The notes beneath the pieces were generated by a model that was not told where the DNA came from, searched no databases, and worked only from the letters and a program-made list of their open reading frames with translations. A stretch of DNA of 64,000 nucleotides, from assembly GCA_965215185.1 (NCBI GenBank), contig OZ244034.1, positions 832,001 to 896,000 of the forward strand, in the 5' to 3' direction. Both the position numbers and the translations under genes were made by a program. This stretch comes from Acidimicrobiia bacterium. GTDB taxonomy: Bacteria > Actinomycetota > Acidimicrobiia > Spongiisociales > ZC4RG35. Shown piece after piece: positions 56,927-64,000 of the stretch. Positions within the stretch are counted from its first letter, which is position 1. Each line of letters begins with the position of its first letter.

Positions 56927-59178
56927 AGCAGTTCCTCCATGGCGTAGGTGTTCAATTCGACAGGGTCGTCGCCCTCGACGAGCGGCTCACCACAGGCGTC
57001 GATGGCCGCTTCGTTGATGACGTCGAACGCTCCTTCAAGGAGCGGCAGCCCCAGAGAGTGGGCGAGTTCTTCGATGTCGCTGCGACTCCACTTTGGTCGG
57101 CCGGTGAGAGCGGCTGCGAGCGCCGAGTGCGCCGCGTCGAGACCGTAGATCTTCAACGCCACCGCAGGGCGGGCCATTGGCTGCTCGGGTGCCAATGGCT
57201 GGGTGTCCCAGCCCGCTGGCGGCGTGATTGCGGGCTCCTCGTCCTCGGCGAAGATGGTGGTCAGAAGCGCTGTGACGCGGGCGGTCTCGGCGAGGCGGGC
57301 CTTCACCTTCGCAGGGTCGAGTACCACAGCGGCCACTTGTGGGGTGTCAGCAACCGGTTCGGGCACAGCCCAGCGAGTGGTGGGCTGCGCGTGGCGGACG
57401 GTGACAGGTCCCCTCTCCCCGGTGCCGAGCGCGTGCACTTGGCGGTACACGTCGGCTTCGTCAAGGCCGAGGTACCCAAACACCTTTGTCAGCGTGCTGA
57501 TCTCCTCGGGGCTGACGACCCCGTCCGCGGCGGCAACATCGATGAGGAACCTGCCGACCGCGGCCCGTTCCCCCACGGGCAGTGCCTCCACCCTGCGCTT
57601 CGTGCCAGCCATACCGACCTTGCCGGTCGCTAGGAACGCAAGGTGTGCCTCCAGCCGCACGCATTCGGCTGTGTCGAGTCCGAGTACCTGTTCGGCGTGC
57701 TCGGCGAGGTGACGTTGTTCGGCAGGACTGATCAGTCCGTCCGCCGCCGCGACAACGGCGGTCAGATGAAGGAGTGACATTGCGGAGGTGTACTCCGGCG
57801 AGGGGACCGCTGCCGCATCTTCGGGTAGCGGAAACAGCACCGCGTCCGACCCCGGCTTCGGGGTTGAAGCACCGAAACGGACATCGGGTTCGATGCCGAC
57901 GCCGATCTTCCCGAGCAACGATGCCAAAGACACGGCATCCCGCTTCGCGAGCTTCTCGGTGCGGCCCGGCGACCACCTTCGCAAGAGTTCATCCAGCGGA
58001 ACCACGACACTCGCCCTGCCGTCCAGCATCTGCATCGTCCAAGAGCGCATGCCTTCGAACACCGGACCGCCGTGGCTGGCGATCAACTCGGCCGGCAACA
58101 ACGCGATGGCAATGGCCGTCCCGGCCTCGCCGGGTCGACGTCCGAGGAGCCTGCTGTACGAGTCGAGTTCATCAGTGCACTCCTCGGCCAGGTTCTTCAG
58201 CTTGTTGATAGGACCGATGACCGACGTGATGTCGGGTATCGCCTTCACCTTGCAGGTCACCGCGCCACCGAATCCACCCGATGCGGGCCGATGCTCGAAC
58301 TCGATCGTCTTAGCCGGCTTGCGCACCTTGACCCCGTCGCCGTATCGGGCCCGGTAACGAATTAGGAACAACTCGTCAAACTCAGAGTGACAGCGAGTCG
58401 CCGGTGTCCGCGTCGGGGCTGCGGGGTGATAGCGAAGGTAGCTGAGCGCCCACTCCGCGGGGAGCCTAGACCCTTCCGCAACATATTTCCCGACACCGAT
58501 ACGCACGGCGGCTGGAACTTCCCAATTTCTGTGGTCCGGATCCCACGGGACTGGCTCCAAGTCGGCGTCAACCGACCGCAACCCTTCGACGAATTCGAGC
58601 AGGCTGCCTGCGTACCCCGAGAACGAGCGGCTGTGGCCGTACATGCCGAGAAGGCCCTCGATCTCGTTCACCAGTGTCCCTACCTCGGGGTGGTTGAGTA
58701 CGGAGCCATGGTCAACGAGCAGCCGTCGTTCCAGTCCGTAGAAGAACAAGAACACGTAGCCGATGTATGCCGACTCGTTCCGGCGTCCTTCGATCAGCCA
58801 CGTCAGGTAAGCAGCCCGAGCGTGCTTGTCCAGACAGTTGTACGACGGCCAGTAGCCCATCGTGTTCCCGGCCCGGTCGGGGCGGGTCCAGCCAACAGGC
58901 AAGCGAGGATCGATAAGGCATGGCTCGATCTGCTGCCCGTCCACCGATCTGGCACCGCTGCCGACGTAGAACATCCCACCAGGGATCGAGCGGCCATCAA
59001 CCACGATGCTCCCACCGGAGGGAACCCAGGTCGCAGTACCCCGCTTCGACCGCACCACCGACGGTGCTGATTGCGACGCAGGAGGTGGAGCCAACGGCGA
59101 CCTGACGTGTCTGCCAACCGGCTGGGACTTCCGTCCACGCCCGAAGAAACTCCCAATACCCATCAGACAGCCTGCCAC
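56923..59178 (-). CDS. Shango SngA-like TerB-N/TerB/TerB-C protein
   Basis: YWPSY....R.AYL.WL, IGYVFLFFYGLERRL, AADG...E x2, INE.A.D..GEPL; ATGA overlap with the ATPase. Confidence 0.88.
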   Translation of the reverse strand: MAGCLMGIGSFFGRGRKSQPVGRHVRSPLAPPPASQSAPSVVRSKRGTATWVPSGGSIVVDGRSIPGGMFYVGSGARSVDGQQIEPCLIDPRLPVGWTRPDRAGNTMGYWPSYNCLDKHARAAYLTWLIEGRRNESAYIGYVFLFFYGLERRLLVDHGSVLNHPEVGTLVNEIEGLLGMYGHSRSFSGYAGSLLEFVEGLRSVDADLEPVPWDPDHRNWEVPAAVRIGVGKYVAEGSRLPAEWALSYLRYHPAAPTRTPATRCHSEFDELFLIRYRARYGDGVKVRKPAKTIEFEHRPASGGFGGAVTCKVKAIPDITSVIGPINKLKNLAEECTDELDSYSRLLGRRPGEAGTAIAIALLPAELIASHGGPVFEGMRSWTMQMLDGRASVVVPLDELLRRWSPGRTEKLAKRDAVSLASLLGKIGVGIEPDVRFGASTPKPGSDAVLFPLPEDAAAVPSPEYTSAMSLLHLTAVVAAADGLISPAEQRHLAEHAEQVLGLDTAECVRLEAHLAFLATGKVGMAGTKRRVEALPVGERAAVGRFLIDVAAADGVVSPEEISTLTKVFGYLGLDEADVYRQVHALGTGERGPVTVRHAQPTTRWAVPEPVADTPQVAAVVLDPAKVKARLAETARVTALLTTIFAEDEEPAITPPAGWDTQPLAPEQPMARPAVALKIYGLDAAHSALAAALTGRPKWSRSDIEELAHSLGLPLLEGAFDVINEAAIDACGEPLVEGDDPVELNTYAMEELL

Positions 59179-59243
59179 TGGCCGCGGTAGTGGTTCACTG
59201 AATCATTGATGAGTCGTTCCGTATCAACCAATGTCCAAACCTT

Positions 59244-59620
59244 ATCTGTGAGACCGGGTGGCCATAGCCAGGGTGATGCCCAGCCTGAGGGTGTCGTGGG
59301 AGCGGCAAAAGTTGTAGGCCACGAAATGTAACGCTACCGCCTGAGCGTGGTCATCTGGCTTCTTCCAGGAAGCGTTGGTGCAGCGGGCGTATCGGCGGAT
59401 GTTCATTCATATTGTGAGGTGTTGTCGTTCCACTTCGGCGGGGCGTCCGGCCTTGCCCTCAAGGCAGAGACTCTTGAGAATCCGATGACCTGCCATCCGC
59501 TCACCAAACAGATGACCCACAGCCTCCACATAGGCCTTCAACCCGTCGGTAGCCAGTTGAACCCGGCAGCGCATCCTGTCGGCTGGATCATCCATGAACA
59601 GGCGGCCCCGTGTAATGAGT
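59244..59620 (-). pseudogene. IS1-family-like DDE transposase remnant
   Basis: TDGLKAY, VERQ.LT, RRY.R.TNA..KK...H..AVALHF..YNFCR.H.TL across frames. Confidence 0.7.
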
Positions 59621-60066
59621 GCGGTCTCCAAGCTCAAATCTGAACTGAAGTCGGAGACCCAACACGCGGAATATCGGAGCACACCGAGTGCTGGGGGCCG
59701 ATGGCGACGACGGGGACGACCTGATGATGGCTCTTGGCCCGCAAGATCGTCAGTTGGGAGGAGGACGACGCGGTGCCCGACGGGGATCAGGCCTTGCGCG
59801 GCCCCACCAACGATAGGAATGTCGTCCAGAGACTCCATCGGTGCCACCTCGGTGAAGGACTCTGTCTCGATGTGTATATCTGCAGGTAGGCTGGTCGCTC
59901 GGGTGCGAGCGCCATTGCAAACCTCACTGCTGCGCGACACGCCTGAGTCCGGGACCGGAATGTTACAGCCGACGCAGTTTGGGCAGCCGTACTGGTGTCG
60001 TCCTCGCGCCGTTCGTCGTATAGCATGCATTCCGCGTGGCCGCGGTCTCCCCGGTGATGTTCCACG

Positions 60067-63000
60067 CTACGCCTGCTCAGTGGCTACCTCCACGAGCCGT
60101 GCGAGGGCGTTCGCGAGCCGCATCTGCCGGGGCGTGCGGCAGCGGACGCGGATGAGTGCTGGGCTGGCGACCACGACGGCAAGACACTGAGCGCGGCTTG
60201 TGGCCACATTGAGGCGGTTGAGGCTGTAAAGAAATTCCATGCCGCGGGGTGCTTCGGCACCGGAACTTGTCGCCATCGAGTAGATGGAGATGGGCGCCTC
60301 CTGCCCCTGGAACTTGTCCACGGTGCCGACGCGGAAGTCGGGGAGCAAGGCCTGTATGATCCTGACCTGCGCGTTGTAAGGCGTGATGACGAGCACATCG
60401 TGTGCTCCCACGGGGTGCACTAGCCCCGTTGGGTCGGTGTAGGTGGGTTTGACGTCCATAAGGGCGTGGACCAGGTCGGCTAACTTGCCTGCTTCCTCTG
60501 GCGAATCGCTCGACTGACCGCTATGAGGCACCGGCACGAACCGGATGCCGGTTCCGGAGAGCGGTGGCTCACCCTTGAGGTGGAGACGTTCGCGACCGGG
60601 GTGCGAGTGCAGGCGCCCTTCGTAGAACACCTCGGATGTGTAGGCGCTGATATCCGGATGTAGCCGCCAGCTTCCGTCAAGGAAGAGTCCGAGGTGATCC
60701 GGCATGACCCGTCTGCCGTGAAGCACATGCGCCAGCGCCGAGCGTGCCGCTCCCGGCGGGTGGACGCCCTGCAGCGGCTGGTCGAGCTGCTGCGGGTCGC
60801 CGAGGAGGACGAGGTTCATCGCGGAGAGGGACGCCGCTATGGCATCAGCCAGCGACATCTGCCCGGCTTCGTCGATGAATAGCACATCGATGCTCTTGAT
60901 CATGTCCTCTCGAGCCCATAGCCAGGTCGTTCCACCCACGACGTCGAGGGAACCGTCGGCGAGCGCGTCTACCGCGGCATCGTTGGTCGCGAGGTGCTCG
61001 GCGTCAGGGTAGGTGGGTTCATCATTCGCCCGCTGGCCGATGGCCACGGTGACGCCTCGTTCTTCAGCGACTTGACCCACCTTCGCTAGCAGCTCGCCGA
61101 TGACCCTGTGGCTGTTAGCGGTGACGCCGATGCGTTTCCCCGCGGCTACCAGGTCGACGATCATCTTGGCGCCGACCGTGCTCTTTCCCGACCCCGGCGG
61201 CCCCTGGATCGCAAGGTAGCTATGGTGCGCACCGGCAACCAGTCGGCGTGCCGCATTCTGGGCGTCCTCGCCCTCTCGGAGAAAGGGTTGCCCCTCTCCC
61301 TGCCCAAGCCGCGGTGGCTGGCGCGCGAGCAGGTCACGTGCCGCCCTGTACGGACCCGGGCCCTCGATGCCATGCTCGATGATCCAGCGTGCCAGCCTCT
61401 GCAGGCTCTCCGGTTTTGGCTGGGCGCGGACGAATTCGAACGGGATCAACGAGGTGGCATTTGATGGCGGCCGAGTACTGCCTCGCTTGATGTCGATCAG
61501 ACCATCTTCGTCGTTGACCCCCACCACTTTCCCCACGGCCTTCTCCGTTTCAGGATCGTACGGCCTGCTATCAGTCCTGATGGCGTGATCCTGTGGCGGG
61601 AAACGAAACCGGTAGATGGTCGATCGTGCCCCGGGGGCGGGATCGAGCCATGAACTCTCAAAGGTCAACTCGCCCAGCGCGTCGGGCTCCTCGCGATGCT
61701 CCTCGTCGGTTAGTTCGCCCACCAGATGGAAGTACCGCCACCAGAAGGACTTCGCCTCCCGCCGGTGCCAGTTCAGCAACTGCGCCAGCAGCCAGCGCCC
61801 GCGCTCCTCGTCGCTCATTTGTTCGATGCTCTCCGGAAGGGTCGCTAGCAACGCTTCCACCAGCTTGTTTACGGCCTTCTGTGCCTCGCTGTCCTCCCGC
61901 TCCTCCAGCTCGGACACGGTGGGACGGGGGAGATCGCCGAGTTCCCGAACAAGCTCTGCCCGCTGACCCTCCAGCCAGTCCCGCAGGCGCAGCGTCGAGA
62001 CACAGTCGTCTCGGTTGTACCTCTCGATTTCCATGAGTAGCTTGTCCCGTTTGTCCTCCTGCCCGAGCTCGAGCCACGTCTCGAATTCGACGATGCTCGC
62101 GCCCGCATCGCGCAGGCCCACCTCGCGATCGAAGCCATAGAGCCGCTCAAGCCGCTTGATCGAGTAGCTCTCGACTGACGCCCGGATGCCCTGCCGTACA
62201 GCCCGGTAGAGGTCGACGAAGACCCGTCCGCGCAGAAGTTGGTCGACCTCCTCCTCGCGAGTGCCGTAGCGCCCGGCGAGGCGCTTCACGGCAGTCGGCT
62301 CGTATGAGGCATAGTGGTAGATGTGCAGCTTCGGGTCGGATCCGAGCCGGTCCATAACGAGGTCGATAAACGCCTCAAAGGCCCGCCGTTCCGCGCCCGT
62401 TGTGACGGTGCCGTCTTCGATCGACCAGATAGCATGGAACCCCGGCTGCCCGCCCGCATCGAGACGACCCGGTTCGATAACACCGAAAAGGTAGTCAATG
62501 CCGTCGACCTCCTCGGAGCCGAAGAACGGATCGCCCTCAATGTCGAAGAAGAGGTCACCCGGTGACGGCTCGGGCAGCATCAGCAGCCCCCGGTTGGGGA
62601 CAAATTCGCCGTGGCGGTCAAGCGAGGGAGCGATGCGCGCCGAGATCGTCCTCCCGACGCGCTCCCCACGGACCTGAATCCTCGCCTGCGCCTGAATCCT
62701 CGCCAGCGCCTCTCTACCAGCGCCGTCGAGCCGGTCCGGGAGAGCCTTCACGGGCTCAGCGAGCCCAGTACGTGTCGTCACATTGATCATGTGCAGGGCG
62801 CGCCGCTGCCGTGACGACAGGCCGGCAACGAGCGACAGGTCGTCCTCCACCCGCCACCGCTTCCGGCAACGCTCACTCCAACGGCACACCCCGCAGTGCT
62901 CGACCGGCTCTGGGACCGTCTCAACGGGAAAGGCAGACCCACCGTCGAGAAACGCCTCGAACTCCCGCGCCACCAGCCGGAAGTAGGCGGCGTAGTCGGC

Positions 63001-63564
63001 GACGCGGAACGAGACTGCCTCGCGCTGCACTCCCCCGAGAGCCAAGTGCATCTCCTCTGGCTGTCGCCCCTGGAACTCCCGGACCATGTCGGAATAGAGA
63101 CACAACTGCAGGACTGCCGAAGCCCTGGCGTGGCGGGCGAGCTTCGTGTCCCAAACTTCATAACTCCACTCGCCGAGGTCGCTGGGCCGCCCGACCCGCC
63201 GCAAGAAGTCGGCGTACCCGACCCGCCGGTCGACAAAGAGCACCGCCTGGTAGATGACATCGGCGCCGTCGCGCATCGCCCCCAGCGTCTCATCTCGCCC
63301 CCGGAGGAGACGCTCGCCACGCGGCAACGACTCGTCCCGTTCGACCTCGACGACCGTCACCCCAGCACCATGGAGCGACTCCAGAAAGCGCCGCTCGTGT
63401 TCGATACCCCGCTGCGCAATACGGTCCAGCACCGGATCGGAACGCAGCGGCCTCGTTAGATGCCCCCATACGGCCGCCCGCTCAAGATTCGCGAGGTGCC
63501 TGCACTCCAAGAACCCGACGAGATCAGTCGCGGAGTACACCACACGCCCATCGACTCGCTCCAC
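60067..63564 (-). CDS. TM0106-family RecB-like nuclease / RNase-H-like / SF1 helicase
   Basis: SATDL..FL.C.H, GYADFL, DTKL, QLCLY, FFDIEGDP, YN.DDC.ST, QGPPGSGKS, IDEAGQ, GDPQQL, TVDKFQG, NRLNVA.SRA. Confidence 0.9.
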   Translation of the reverse strand: MERVDGRVVYSATDLVGFLECRHLANLERAAVWGHLTRPLRSDPVLDRIAQRGIEHERRFLESLHGAGVTVVEVERDESLPRGERLLRGRDETLGAMRDGADVIYQAVLFVDRRVGYADFLRRVGRPSDLGEWSYEVWDTKLARHARASAVLQLCLYSDMVREFQGRQPEEMHLALGGVQREAVSFRVADYAAYFRLVAREFEAFLDGGSAFPVETVPEPVEHCGVCRWSERCRKRWRVEDDLSLVAGLSSRQRRALHMINVTTRTGLAEPVKALPDRLDGAGREALARIQAQARIQVRGERVGRTISARIAPSLDRHGEFVPNRGLLMLPEPSPGDLFFDIEGDPFFGSEEVDGIDYLFGVIEPGRLDAGGQPGFHAIWSIEDGTVTTGAERRAFEAFIDLVMDRLGSDPKLHIYHYASYEPTAVKRLAGRYGTREEEVDQLLRGRVFVDLYRAVRQGIRASVESYSIKRLERLYGFDREVGLRDAGASIVEFETWLELGQEDKRDKLLMEIERYNRDDCVSTLRLRDWLEGQRAELVRELGDLPRPTVSELEEREDSEAQKAVNKLVEALLATLPESIEQMSDEERGRWLLAQLLNWHRREAKSFWWRYFHLVGELTDEEHREEPDALGELTFESSWLDPAPGARSTIYRFRFPPQDHAIRTDSRPYDPETEKAVGKVVGVNDEDGLIDIKRGSTRPPSNATSLIPFEFVRAQPKPESLQRLARWIIEHGIEGPGPYRAARDLLARQPPRLGQGEGQPFLREGEDAQNAARRLVAGAHHSYLAIQGPPGSGKSTVGAKMIVDLVAAGKRIGVTANSHRVIGELLAKVGQVAEERGVTVAIGQRANDEPTYPDAEHLATNDAAVDALADGSLDVVGGTTWLWAREDMIKSIDVLFIDEAGQMSLADAIAASLSAMNLVLLGDPQQLDQPLQGVHPPGAARSALAHVLHGRRVMPDHLGLFLDGSWRLHPDISAYTSEVFYEGRLHSHPGRERLHLKGEPPLSGTGIRFVPVPHSGQSSDSPEEAGKLADLVHALMDVKPTYTDPTGLVHPVGAHDVLVITPYNAQVRIIQALLPDFRVGTVDKFQGQEAPISIYSMATSSGAEAPRGMEFLYSLNRLNVATSRAQCLAVVVASPALIRVRCRTPRQMRLANALARLVEVATEQA

Positions 63565-63824
63565 GGGGCCATGCTACCCGCGCACGTCGGGGGTGGCGCA
63601 TGTAGTGTCCCTGGAAGTGGTTTAAACGAAGTTGCCTACACAGGCGTATTCGTCAGAGAGAAGGTCCAGATTTCCTACCTCTACGGAGACAACTGCCTGA
63701 TCTTCTGCGCAGCGATAGCGCCCCGCAACTAGCCGACAGCCAACAACACCTACTCCATGGACCCGCCTGAATCGCGCCGGGTTTCAGTTTGTCCCAATCG
63801 GTGGCATGGAAAAGGGTTTGCCTC

Positions 63825-64000
63825 TCAGATGTTTAGGTAGCGGTTCCAGTTTTCCATTAGTTGGCGGCGTCGTTCCAAGAGGTCTGTTCTGGCGTAGGCT
63901 TTCTCTACCGCGTTTCGGATTTCGTGGCCGAGGGCCCGTTCGGCGACTTCGCGGTTTACGCCGGTTTCTCCGCACCAGTCCCGAAACGAGCTTCTCATCC
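63825..64000 (-). CDS. P4-type tyrosine integrase, 3' end (5' part outside window)
   Basis: MRSSFRDWCGETGVNREVAERALGH...AYARTDLLERRRQLMENW. Confidence 0.88.
   Translation of the reverse strand, partial: MRSSFRDWCGETGVNREVAERALGHEIRNAVEKAYARTDLLERRRQLMENWNRYLNI

Larger units (their letters stand above)
50480..64000. mobile_element. tandem genomic island 2 (right end outside window)
   Basis: begins at the att copy, carries defence genes, ends with an inward-facing integrase. Confidence 0.7.

Noticed and set aside
26746-64000. Prophage or conjugative element
   Set aside because: No structural, terminase, primase, relaxase or T4SS genes were recognised.

Overview
GC-rich bacterial chromosome segment, most consistent with an Actinobacterium of the Acidimicrobiia type (inferred from the Pup-proteasome locus and SLH/cadherin surface proteins). 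Bases 1-26.7 kb are mostly core genome: ALDH end, phytoene-desaturase-like oxidoreductase, tRNA-Leu, an OsmC/flavoprotein pair, a thiS-like/ttuA/trmI cluster beside arc-dop-pup-prcB-prcA (no pafA in the window), a metal ABC lipoprotein with a Fur-type box, an AroQ-alpha/beta-hydrolase fusion, MFS, ABC exporter, ispH, der, NUDIX, tRNA-Pro and a CAT tRNA (probably Ile2). From the CAT tRNA to the window end is a tandem array of integrative islands. Island 1 (26746-50479) is bounded by a ~945-bp direct repeat made of the tRNA 3' half plus the 5' part of a P4-type integrase. It carries IS110, IS1182, IS30 and IS481 remnants, an IS-split nuclease/methyltransferase pair, a NucS-like nuclease, a ~1900-aa cadherin-arylsulfotransferase-SLH protein, an SLH-anchored HNH-type nuclease, VapBC45 and an intact inward-facing integrase. 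Island 2 (50480 to beyond 64000) carries a Shango-like defence operon whose helicase is fused in frame to a DEDDh exonuclease-TerB-like-BRCT module, a TM0106-type nuclease-helicase and another inward-facing integrase. All family calls come from motif recognition by eye; no database searches were run.
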